Of a DNA stretch of 51,483 nucleotides, positions 18,808-26,367 are shown piece by piece. Origin of the DNA: an uncultured Bdellovibrionales bacterium (GTDB taxonomy: Bacteria > Patescibacteriota > Minisyncoccia > Moranbacterales > UBA1568); NCBI GenBank assembly GCA_964428075.1, contig CAYRWQ010000003.1, forward strand, positions 1-51,483, in the 5' to 3' direction. Each line of letters begins with the position of its first letter. Position 1 is the stretch's first letter. The notes below the pieces were generated by a model. The model was not told the DNA's origin. It saw only the letters and a program-made list of their open reading frames with translations, and made no database searches. Both the position numbers and the translations under genes were made by a program.

Positions 18808-19797
18808 CTATCTTCCATCTTCGAAAACAATCAGATATTCCTTCGGTTTCGATTCTATCCGGACGATGTTTCCCCAAGCAGGGTCGATATCCGAGAGCCT
18901 ACGGATTTCACCCGCATCGAAACAAAGCGGGTCGACCATACGTGATTTACAGAGCGTTTTCCGTCCCGAACCATCTGGATCCAGACAGTACCCCGTTTTC
19001 CGATTCATGCGTTTCCAGAATTTCTGAAGCAGAAGATCTGTTCCCAGATGCGCATTCACCTTTCCGATAACTTCTTTGTCCGTCGCGTAGAGTTCCGGCA
19101 AGGAAACATATTTTTTCGCCAGAGCATGTGCCAGCCAATCCCCAGTCGTCTGAAACATGAGCGCGGTTTCGATATTCGAATAGTAAGTGTGATTGATATG
19201 CCGGAACAGCTCAGCAAACTCTCTCGTAATCGCGGAATCACGAAATACCCATCGATTCTCAAACACACTCAAAGCGTCAAGAAATGTCTTCGCCTGAAGA
19301 GATGAGATGACTCGATAAGCGATTCCACCCCGCAGAATATAGTCGATCCGATCCGCACAGAGATCTGGTAAATCTCGCTCTTTGAGCGGGTGACACGCGT
19401 CATCTAAAATATGTTCCATCAAAAATCTATGCTTCGTAAGTAAAGCTGGGATCTCAGTTGTTTCCAGATAGGATTCATGGACATCATCCTGATAACTCTG
19501 TGTCGCCTGATTGGCCGAAATGATAGCGTAGTCAATCGCGTGCGAAAAAGCCGAGTGAGACGCATCATGCAACAACCCAGCCACCTGTTCCTCGAGCGGT
19601 GCCCCGAAACGCCTGAGGAGCCATGCCACACCCAGGGAATGTTCAAAGCGGGAATGCTTCGACCCAGGGAAATATACCTCATAGTATCCGCCCATATCGA
19701 CCCCCCGCAGTCGCTGAAGCGCCGACGACTCAATCAGCTCAGTCAAAACCGGTTCGTCAAAAACAGTCTCTCCATATACTCTATCTTGGATTCTCAT
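18808..19797 (-). CDS. HD superfamily phosphohydrolase (COG1078 / dNTP triphosphohydrolase-like)
   Basis: 329 aa. The SRFEHSLGVAWLL ... AGLLHDASHSAFSH motifs give the H..HD..H metal site. Confidence 0.75.
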   Translation of the reverse strand: MRIQDRVYGETVFDEPVLTELIESSALQRLRGVDMGGYYEVYFPGSKHSRFEHSLGVAWLLRRFGAPLEEQVAGLLHDASHSAFSHAIDYAIISANQATQSYQDDVHESYLETTEIPALLTKHRFLMEHILDDACHPLKERDLPDLCADRIDYILRGGIAYRVISSLQAKTFLDALSVFENRWVFRDSAITREFAELFRHINHTYYSNIETALMFQTTGDWLAHALAKKYVSLPELYATDKEVIGKVNAHLGTDLLLQKFWKRMNRKTGYCLDPDGSGRKTLCKSRMVDPLCFDAGEIRRLSDIDPAWGNIVRIESKPKEYLIVFEDGR

Positions 19798-19918
19798 ACT
19801 ATCTTCAGTCGATTGTAATGACTTGTCACGAATCTACATCGAATGATGGCGGCTTCCCCCTTCCTTTATCCTACTCTAGTCAATGCACTTTCCCAACCTA
19901 ACCAGATCGGAGGTTCCC

Positions 19919-20092
19919 ATGTTTTCAGATATCTTCTCCATCGTCGATGATACGCTTATCGACGAGTATTTCCAACCCGCCTGCGACCGAATCTGGAAAA
20001 AATTCGACTAGACAAAAAGCCTGCCAACGGCCATCGCTCTGATTATTTCGATCGTCGGCCTCGCTAATGCGTATTACAGACACCGAACCTGA
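19919..20092 (+). pseudogene. Small ORF (30 codons, TAG, 26 codons) encoding a putative single-TM peptide; interrupted by an in-frame amber codon
   Basis: GGAGG lies 5 nt upstream of ATG 19919. The ORF reads MFSDIFSIVDDTLIDEYFQPACDRIWKKFD, TAG (20009-20011), TKSLPTAIALIISIVGLANAYYRHRT, TGA (20090-20092). A strong intrinsic terminator follows 27 nt later. Confidence 0.35.
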
Positions 20093-20118
20093 ACCTCCGG
20101 AAGCCACACCATTACTTC

Positions 20119-20147
20119 CATCCGCCCCCACCGGCGGATGTTTTTTT
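20119..20147 (+). terminator. Rho-independent terminator
   Basis: CATCCGCC (20119-20126) pairs with GGCGGATG (20133-20140) around a 6-nt loop and is followed by T7 (20141-20147). Confidence 0.85.
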
Positions 20148-20288
20148 CCTCACCCGAATCAGTTTCATCCAAAACCGAGATGCATTGCCAGTTTTTAAAA
20201 AATGAAAGATTCGCGCTCCTGACTCATTATCTTATTATCATATATGTTACGCGACATGTGTCGTCAAAAAACTACCCGTAGTATTTTC

Positions 20289-20330
20289 CAAAACAAAAAG
20301 GGCCAAAAATCACTTTACGCGATTTTAGGC
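20289..20330 (-). terminator. Putative intrinsic terminator of the 193-aa orphan gene
   Basis: On the minus strand, GCCTAAAATC, a 9-nt loop, then GATTTTTGGC (9 of 10 positions pair), followed by CCTTTTTGTTTT. It lies 28 nt after the stop. Confidence 0.5.
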
Positions 20331-20358
20331 ACCTTCAAGGTGAAGTGCGAAACGAGAC

Positions 20359-20940
20359 TTACTGGATTCGATACATTAATTGAGTACCGATTGGACGTCT
20401 TTTATCCTGGCTGTCCGTCTCAATATCAAGAAACCATGAGTGAGATGTCTCGTTATTGTCATCTCTGCAAGTCGGACGCAAGGTCACTGGTACGGTATCG
20501 CCATTGTAATTTTCGACATAAAACAATGTCCCGAATTCATTCTGAGAGAAAAACCAGGGCATGCACAGACATTTCTCAAGCAACGCGACCAGGTCTTCTG
20601 GCGTCATCGAGTGTAATTCGGGAAGCGACGCGCGAATTTCGCTATCGTTCAGCCATCCCGTCAACAAATGGGTACCAAAAGAGCACGTGCTGGTCTGCGG
20701 AAACGGCAACTGCACTGCTGATACAAAACCAAAACCAGCAACAAACTCATCAGAAACACAGAGTAGTGCCTTCATACGCTGCAAAGTCTGCCACGCTTCA
20801 CCAGGACACCGTCTCACCGACAGTGTCTGTCTGCCATCAGGCCTCGCCTGATCGTATCTGGGTGTGACAGGAAACCAAAACGGATCTGGACAAAAAAACG
20901 CGTATGTATCCGCTAACCGTTGTACCTCATCACTCGTCAT
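20359..20940 (-). CDS. Hypothetical protein (193 aa), orphan, higher GC than neighbours
   Basis: GGAG lies 6 nt upstream of ATG 20940, and the gene has its own promoter-like and terminator-like signals. The product is Trp/Phe/Cys-rich and soluble. I recognise no family. Confidence 0.55.
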   Translation of the reverse strand: MTSDEVQRLADTYAFFCPDPFWFPVTPRYDQARPDGRQTLSVRRCPGEAWQTLQRMKALLCVSDEFVAGFGFVSAVQLPFPQTSTCSFGTHLLTGWLNDSEIRASLPELHSMTPEDLVALLEKCLCMPWFFSQNEFGTLFYVENYNGDTVPVTLRPTCRDDNNETSHSWFLDIETDSQDKRRPIGTQLMYRIQ

Positions 20941-21034
20941 GAGAATCTCCTTTTCCTGTTTAAGGAACTGATCCTACTACTAGAGTACAAAACTACCTTA
21001 TGCTTTCTAGGAAGTCTCACTAGAAAACACCCTT

Positions 21035-21062
21035 ACTCTACTCCCTATGCCCCACTTGTCAA
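21035..21062 (-). promoter_or_regulatory. Putative promoter of the 193-aa orphan (TTGACA-16 nt-TAGAGT)
   Basis: On the minus strand, TTGACA is at 21062-21057, the spacer is 16 nt, and TAGAGT is at 21040-21035. This predicts a 5' UTR of roughly 85 nt containing the inverted repeat TTCTAG-N9-CTAGAA. Confidence 0.45.
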
Positions 21063-21218
21063 GAAACAAAAAATACCAAAAATGTATATCCTCCATTCAA
21101 GGCATCTCCCTACTTCTTTGATTCTGATTCCGTGCGAACTCTTTCTCTATTCCGCGAAATCAGCACATAAATATCAACTGCCGCATTTCCAAAATCAATC
21201 TCTTCTTATTCTGACCCA

Positions 21219-21911
21219 CTATTTCATTTTTGCCAGTGACTTCAATTTCGTCCCTGCGCTTGTCGTGGTAATTCTACCGATATTTCTCATATAGTTCTCT
21301 ATCTCATTAACAGATTTTTTTGGTGTATACGCACAGGTATCATTAGAAAAAACATCCAGAAAATGTTCCTTCAAAACAGCCAAATCAACTTCTTCTCCTT
21401 GAGGCCTCGTCTGCGAACGAATAATCAGTTCAGCGAGTTTCTGTTGTACCACACGAGCCCTTTCCTCTGTAGTCACCCAAAAAAAATCGTTGTTTCTCTT
21501 GGCAAAATCCTCAATCAAATCACCGTAATCATAGAAAGCACTCAGGAGCTTCAATTCATCCTGATCAAAATCGCTTACAAAAAGATGTGAATATATCTTC
21601 CAGCTTTTCGTCGGAAAAATAGATGGTAAGTCATCGGTAACCCCAGATTGGAGCTTCTCTTTCAATTGACTCATTCTTTCCTCTGCAGTTCTAATCTCAA
21701 TAAGCAGTACTCGTGCAGCCTGTACTCGAGTATCCGATTTCTGTTTTAAGTACAAGAAAATCGCAACGCTGCCCACTAAGAGCATGACAAATGATGAAAA
21801 GGCATTTGAGTTAATCAATGAATAATGAAATTTATAAAGATAATAACCTAACACAAGAAAAATCCCCGCCAGCAGGATATAAAAACTTATTTCATTTTTC
21901 CTAAATGTCAT
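21219..21911 (-). CDS. Hypothetical membrane-anchored protein (230 aa; two N-terminal TM helices plus helical cytoplasmic domain), low GC
   Basis: The N-terminus has two hydrophobic helices (ISFYILLAGIFLVLGYYLY and FSSFVMLLVGSVAIFLYL). A charged helical region follows (RVLLIEIRTAEERMSQLKEKL...). I recognise no family. Confidence 0.55.
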   Translation of the reverse strand: MTFRKNEISFYILLAGIFLVLGYYLYKFHYSLINSNAFSSFVMLLVGSVAIFLYLKQKSDTRVQAARVLLIEIRTAEERMSQLKEKLQSGVTDDLPSIFPTKSWKIYSHLFVSDFDQDELKLLSAFYDYGDLIEDFAKRNNDFFWVTTEERARVVQQKLAELIIRSQTRPQGEEVDLAVLKEHFLDVFSNDTCAYTPKKSVNEIENYMRNIGRITTTSAGTKLKSLAKMK

Positions 21912-21929
21912 AATACTTCAGATTATTGT

Positions 21930-21957
21930 AAGAGCGAGGAGATGAATCCTCGCTCTT
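21930..21957 (-). terminator. Perfect 11-bp hairpin immediately after dnaK (no U tract)
   Basis: AAGAGCGAGGA (21930-21940) pairs with TCCTCGCTCTT (21947-21957) around a 6-nt loop, 13 nt after the dnaK stop. The minus-strand 3' flank ACAATAATC is not U-rich. Confidence 0.45.
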
Positions 21958-21969
21958 CATTTCTTTCAC

Positions 21970-23886
21970 TTATTTCTTCTCCTCGTCAGCTGGTTTGTCT
22001 TCGACTTCAGCATCTTTCGGGGCTTCGGTTGTCGACTCGCCTTCGGCTTTCGTCTCCGGGCCTGCAGCCGACTTCTCGGCTGCTGCCGCCGCAGCATAGA
22101 GCTTCTCGCCAATCTTCTGCGCAGCCTGCGAGAGCGTCTCACTCGCCTTACGGATGGCGTCGAGATCATCGCCATTCTTTACCTTGTTGAGTTCGGTGAT
22201 AGCATCTTCAACTGGTTTCTTTTCTTCGGCTGTGATCTTGTCGCCTGCGTCGCGCATGCTCTTTTCGGTCGTATAAATCATACTATCAGCCAGGTTACGG
22301 GCCTCGATCAGTTCCTTCTTGTGCTTATCTTCTTCGGCGTGAATCTCAGCATCCTTCTTCATGCGCTCGATCTCATCCTTAGAGAGACCAGTTGAGGCTT
22401 CGATACGGATAGACTGCATTTTATTGGTCGCCTTGTCTTTGGCTGTCACCGACAAGATACCTGAGGCATCAATATCAAAAGTGACTTCGACCTGTGGGAT
22501 GCCACGCGGCGCCGGTGGAATACCATCGAGAATGAAGCGTCCGAGCGATTTGTTGTCATTCGCCATTTCGCGCTCACCCTGAAGGACGTGTATCTCAACA
22601 GATGGCTGATTGTCGCTCGCGGTTGAGAAGATCTGACTCTTTTGTGCCGGTACGGTGGTATTGCGTTCAATAAGCGGGGTGCGAACGCCTCCCATGGTTT
22701 CGATACCAAAAGTAAGCGGCGTCACATCGAGCAAGAGCACGTCTTTGACCGAACCTTCAAGCACTCCACCCTGAATGGCGGCACCAGCGGCCACGACTTC
22801 ATCCGGATTGACCGAGATATTCGGTTTCTTACCAAAGAATTTCTCGACACTCTGGAGGACAAGCGGCATGCGCGTCATCCCACCGACCAGCACGACTTCG
22901 TTGATTTCAGAAACCGAGAGCTTCGCATCGGCAAGCGCTTTTTTCACCGGTTCGAATGTCGCCTCAACAAGTTCGTGCACAAGTTCCTCAAGCTTGGCGC
23001 GGGTCATCTTCATAACGAGATGCTTCGGACCATTGGCATCACTCGTAATAAATGGCTGGTTGATTTCAGTGTCGGCCGCGGTCGAAAGTTCGATCTTGGC
23101 TTTTTCAGAAGCTTCCTTAATACGCTGTAAAGCGAGCGGATCTTTGGAGAGATCAATGCCTTCTTGCTTTTTAAATTCATCAAGAATCCAATGAATGATC
23201 TTCTGATCGAAGTCGTCACCACCGAGATGCGTATCACCATTGGTTGATTTCACTTCAACCGTGTCTTCGGCTACCTCAAGGATCGAAATATCGAAAGTAC
23301 CACCACCAAGGTCGTACACCGCGATCTTTTCATCCTTCTTCTTATTGAATCCATACGCGAGAGCGGCCGCGGTCGGCTCATTGATGATACGGCGAACATT
23401 GAATCCCGCGATCTCACCCGCTTCTTTGGTTGCCTTGCGCTGACTGTCGTCAAAATACGCCGGAACGGTGATAACCGCATCGGTGATCTTCTCACCAAGC
23501 TTCTCTTCAGCATCTGCCTTCAACTTGGAAAGAATCATCGCGCTCACTTCCTGTGGCGTGTATTCCTTACCTCCCATAATCACTTTGGTGCCTTCGCCCG
23601 CCTGGACGATTTTGTAAGGCAACGTCTTCATATCGCGCTTCACCTCTCCATCATTGAAATGGCGACCGATAAGACGCTTAATCGAGAAAAGTGTATTTTC
23701 TGGATTGGTGACCCCCTGGCGCTTGGCCAAAAGTCCGACCAGACGTTCGCCGGTCTTGCTGATCGCAACCATAGACGGTGTCGTCCGATTCCCTTCTTTA
23801 TTTTCGAGTATAGTCGGGCTACCCCCTTCGACGATGGCCATGGCCGAGTTGGTCGTCCCGAGATCAATGCCGAGTATTTTTGACAT
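21970..23886 (-). CDS. dnaK: Molecular chaperone DnaK (Hsp70)
   Basis: 638 aa. It has [23 protein letters not shown] and the EEVD-less acidic tail. The full-length Hsp70 pattern is present. Confidence 0.98.
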   Translation of the reverse strand: MSKILGIDLGTTNSAMAIVEGGSPTILENKEGNRTTPSMVAISKTGERLVGLLAKRQGVTNPENTLFSIKRLIGRHFNDGEVKRDMKTLPYKIVQAGEGTKVIMGGKEYTPQEVSAMILSKLKADAEEKLGEKITDAVITVPAYFDDSQRKATKEAGEIAGFNVRRIINEPTAAALAYGFNKKKDEKIAVYDLGGGTFDISILEVAEDTVEVKSTNGDTHLGGDDFDQKIIHWILDEFKKQEGIDLSKDPLALQRIKEASEKAKIELSTAADTEINQPFITSDANGPKHLVMKMTRAKLEELVHELVEATFEPVKKALADAKLSVSEINEVVLVGGMTRMPLVLQSVEKFFGKKPNISVNPDEVVAAGAAIQGGVLEGSVKDVLLLDVTPLTFGIETMGGVRTPLIERNTTVPAQKSQIFSTASDNQPSVEIHVLQGEREMANDNKSLGRFILDGIPPAPRGIPQVEVTFDIDASGILSVTAKDKATNKMQSIRIEASTGLSKDEIERMKKDAEIHAEEDKHKKELIEARNLADSMIYTTEKSMRDAGDKITAEEKKPVEDAITELNKVKNGDDLDAIRKASETLSQAAQKIGEKLYAAAAAAEKSAAGPETKAEGESTTEAPKDAEVEDKPADEEKK

Positions 23887-23933
23887 ATATTTATACTTAC
23901 AACTTAATTGATAAATTGAGATGATTCTCTGAA

Positions 23934-24488
23934 TTACTTCACGGTCACTTTGGCCGGGCGAATGACACGCTCTCCAATCTTAAACCCATTCTGGAGTACT
24001 TTGGTTACGGTTTGTACATGATCCCCTTCCGCTCCTTCTGTGGCTCCTTCGCTTGGTTCTGCTTGCTTCAGAGCTTCGTGTATCGTCGGATCAAATGCGT
24101 CCCCAACCCGTACCTCAATAGTCGACACTCCGTTTTCGGTCAAAACTTTTTCCAACTGCTTTTCGATATACTGAATGCCGGTCACCCAAGGACTCGTTCG
24201 TTCCGCTTCCGGGATATGCTCGGTCGCCATACGGAAATTGTCCATCACGGGCACAATATCCATCACCAGTTTCTCGATAAGATACCCGGCGATCTCCTTC
24301 TCGCGCGTCGCTTGCCGTTTTTTATAGTTTTCAAAATCTGCTTGAAGACGCTGAAGATCATTCAGATATTCTGCTGCGAGCTCGGCATCGGTTTTCAGAG
24401 GCTTTTGTTCAGATATTTCCGATACAGAAACCTCCTCATCCACTCTCTCCTCTTCTCCCTCCTGTTGCCTTTCATCATCCTGCTGCAT
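23934..24488 (-). CDS. grpE: Nucleotide exchange factor GrpE
   Basis: 184 aa. An acidic N-terminus is followed by [14 protein letters not shown] and a C-terminal beta domain ([19 protein letters not shown]). It is positioned between hrcA and dnaK. Confidence 0.9.
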   Translation of the reverse strand: MQQDDERQQEGEEERVDEEVSVSEISEQKPLKTDAELAAEYLNDLQRLQADFENYKKRQATREKEIAGYLIEKLVMDIVPVMDNFRMATEHIPEAERTSPWVTGIQYIEKQLEKVLTENGVSTIEVRVGDAFDPTIHEALKQAEPSEGATEGAEGDHVQTVTKVLQNGFKIGERVIRPAKVTVK

Positions 24489-24699
24489 ACATTCTTGTCG
24501 TTTATATTTCTTACACTTAATGAGTATTGAAAAAATAGTATCGAGAAAAAAGCTTTTGCTATGACGATCTCGTCATCCGCTCCTTCAAAAGTTCGAACTC
24601 GCGGTGCTGTATTGTTTCTTGCTCCTCTTCGGTCGACATCTCTGTATCTGTTGCTACTCGCTCATGTGCTTCTTCCGTCACAAGCATCATAACGATATC

Positions 24700-25446
24700 T
24701 TATGAAAACGGCACAACTATGATCACCATCACAGAAAGCGATGAACCAAGTAGCTTTTTCATATACTCAATCAGCGATTTATTCTTGGCGTAATCCATAC
24801 GTTTCGGACCGATGATAGCAAGAATGCCTTTGCCTTCACTGCTCTGATACGGTGCCACGACCATCGAACAGTTTGCAATCCCCTTGATCGGATTCTCCTC
24901 ACCGATGAAGATCTGTGTCTCACCATTACCGAGTTTGGCAAAAATGACATCAATCCGCTCATCAAGTGAATCCAACGTTTCTACCAAACGGCACAGTTCG
25001 TCAATCTCCTGAAACTCCGGCTTTTCCATGAGTTCCTTGATCCCAAAATCATAAAATTCATCCTTGTCGATCAAACCGGACACAGCGAGATTCCCTGAAA
25101 GCATAGAAAGGAGCTTCGTCGTACTGCGTCCCAACCGAGCCTGTTTCGCCTTCATTATCAGTAGCTCTTTCTGGAGCCGTCGCTGATCCTCGTGAGAAAG
25201 ATCCTCGTCTCCCATCATCTCTTCGACATAAAAGCGATAACCAGCATCGGTCGGGATACGCCCGGCGGAAACATGTGGTTGATAGAGGTATCCAGCTTCT
25301 TCAAGCGCAACCATATCATTGCGCAAAGTTGCCGAACTCACGGGAAATTTGAAATACTCAATCAAGGTCTGCGACCCGACTGGAAGAGCAGTCTTAGTAT
25401 ACAATTCGACCACGGCCGAGAGAATTTTTTTCTGACGAGTATCCAT
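24700..25446 (-). CDS. hrcA: Heat-inducible transcription repressor HrcA, compact (about 248 aa) form
   Basis: The wHTH N-terminus reads MDTRQKKILSAVVELYTKTALPVGSQTLIEYFKFPVSSATLRNDMVALEEAGYLYQPHVSAGRIPTDAGYRFYV. The C-terminal segment is IIGPKRMDYAKN. The start is set at ATG 25446 because the track start at 25482 lies inside the promoter/CIRCE. Confidence 0.9.
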   Translation of the reverse strand: MDTRQKKILSAVVELYTKTALPVGSQTLIEYFKFPVSSATLRNDMVALEEAGYLYQPHVSAGRIPTDAGYRFYVEEMMGDEDLSHEDQRRLQKELLIMKAKQARLGRSTTKLLSMLSGNLAVSGLIDKDEFYDFGIKELMEKPEFQEIDELCRLVETLDSLDERIDVIFAKLGNGETQIFIGEENPIKGIANCSMVVAPYQSSEGKGILAIIGPKRMDYAKNKSLIEYMKKLLGSSLSVMVIIVVPFS

Positions 25447-25453
25447 AATTAAC

Positions 25454-25482
25454 AGTATAAAGAATGATTTAGCACTCGTCAA
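25454..25482 (-). promoter_or_regulatory. hrcA operon promoter (TTGACG-17 nt-TATACT) overlapping CIRCE
   Basis: On the minus strand, TTGACG is at 25482-25477, the spacer is exactly 17 nt, and TATACT is at 25459-25454. Only 7 nt separate the -10 box from the hrcA ATG. Confidence 0.55.
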
Positions 25483-25495
25483 GTGTGAGTGCTAA
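25469..25495. promoter_or_regulatory. CIRCE operator, perfect match (TTAGCACTC-N9-GAGTGCTAA)
   Basis: Read directly: TTAGCACTC GTCAAGTGT GAGTGCTAA. This matches the established HrcA operator consensus in all 18 arm positions and lies 23 nt upstream of hrcA. Confidence 0.95.
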
Positions 25496-25552
25496 TGTCA
25501 TGATTTGGAAGCTTAAAATATGCAGTCGGCGCTCTGCTCTGCTCAAAAGCAT

Positions 25553-25591
25553 CCCAAAAGAAAAAGCCCAGATCCTGAGCAGGAAATGGGC
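25553..25591 (-). terminator. Putative terminator after the Arg-rich orphan
   Basis: On the minus strand there is a two-tier hairpin (GCCCA/TGGGC outer, CCTG/CAGG inner) followed by TTTTTCTTTT. A second 9-bp hairpin (25600-25639) lies just upstream of it. Confidence 0.45.
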
Positions 25592-25645
25592 CTGGAAATA
25601 GAAAGGGGAGAAATGACACGCCCTTACATCCCCCTTTCTCAATCA

Positions 25646-25951
25646 TTATTCACGGTTTTGAGCCGAGTAGCGTAGTGATGATGTTTGCAGTGGCATCAAC
25701 CGATCCACGTCACCGCGCCTGCGCCTCTGTGTGCGACCACGAGGCGTATGCTTGTAATGCTGGCGACGCTCGACGTGTCCCGCCACGGGATCAACGGTTC
25801 CATCGGATATGGGTCCGGCCTGCTCCTTGTTCGGGATCCCGGTGAAATCGACGACCCCATCAGACACAGACCTGGTTTGATCGCTCCGACTCCCAACAGT
25901 CCTCCGCACCATAGGTGTTGACCTACCAGTTTGTTGCTGTTTCTGCCGCAT
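25646..25951 (-). CDS. Hypothetical Arg-rich, low-complexity basic protein (101 aa), high GC
   Basis: GAGGAG lies 6 nt upstream of ATG 25951. The product is MRQKQQQTGRSTPMVRRTVGSRSDQ...RGRTQRRRRGDVDR..., with no hydrophobic core evident. It sits downstream of yidD on the same strand. Confidence 0.45.
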   Translation of the reverse strand: MRQKQQQTGRSTPMVRRTVGSRSDQTRSVSDGVVDFTGIPNKEQAGPISDGTVDPVAGHVERRQHYKHTPRGRTQRRRRGDVDRLMPLQTSSLRYSAQNRE

Positions 25952-26035
25952 GTTCACTCCTCAAAGAAAAAACAATGGGTACGCACTAACGCTTCGCGCA
26001 CTACGAAGCCCACTCTCTCCTTTCTGAAAAAATTG

Positions 26036-26281
26036 TTAAGGAACCGGATCGTAGCCCCCGAGATTCCAGGGGTGACAACGCACGATACGTTTCAAACCAA
26101 GCCAAATACCCTTCAAAACTCCCCACTTTGCTACCGCATCAAACGTATACTGACTGCAACTCGGATGGAAACGGCAGATGCGACCACCGGTAAATAAGCT
26201 CAATATCCCTCGCTCGCTTGACAGAAAACGCTGATAGAATCGTATCCAGGCGAGTAAACCGGTTTTCAGTATTTCCAGCAT
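26036..26281 (-). CDS. yidD: Membrane protein insertion efficiency factor YidD
   Basis: 81 aa. It has FYQRFLS...[46 protein letters not shown], the hallmark YidD motif set. Confidence 0.9.
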   Translation of the reverse strand: MLEILKTGLLAWIRFYQRFLSSERGILSLFTGGRICRFHPSCSQYTFDAVAKWGVLKGIWLGLKRIVRCHPWNLGGYDPVP

Positions 26282-26367
26282 ACTGGAACAATGTACGATA
26301 TTTCCCTTTCACTGTCAATAAAATACTGGTATACTTACGAAAAAGAATACCCAAAGAAAAAAACATC

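Noticed and set aside
18705-19070. 121-aa plus-strand ORF preceded by AGGAGG
   Set aside because: The SD-to-ATG spacing is only 1 nt. The ORF is antisense to the C-terminal third of the HD phosphohydrolase gene, and its product is low-complexity and basic.
19925-20131. 68-aa minus-strand ORF (Gly/Ser/Asp-rich)
   Set aside because: It lies antisense to the SD- and terminator-bracketed plus-strand micro-gene and would read through that terminator hairpin. It has no start signals.
22642-23194. Long plus-strand ORFs (162 aa, 139 aa and others) inside the dnaK region
   Set aside because: They are antisense shadows of a highly conserved, well-supported gene. Their products are low-complexity with no start signals.
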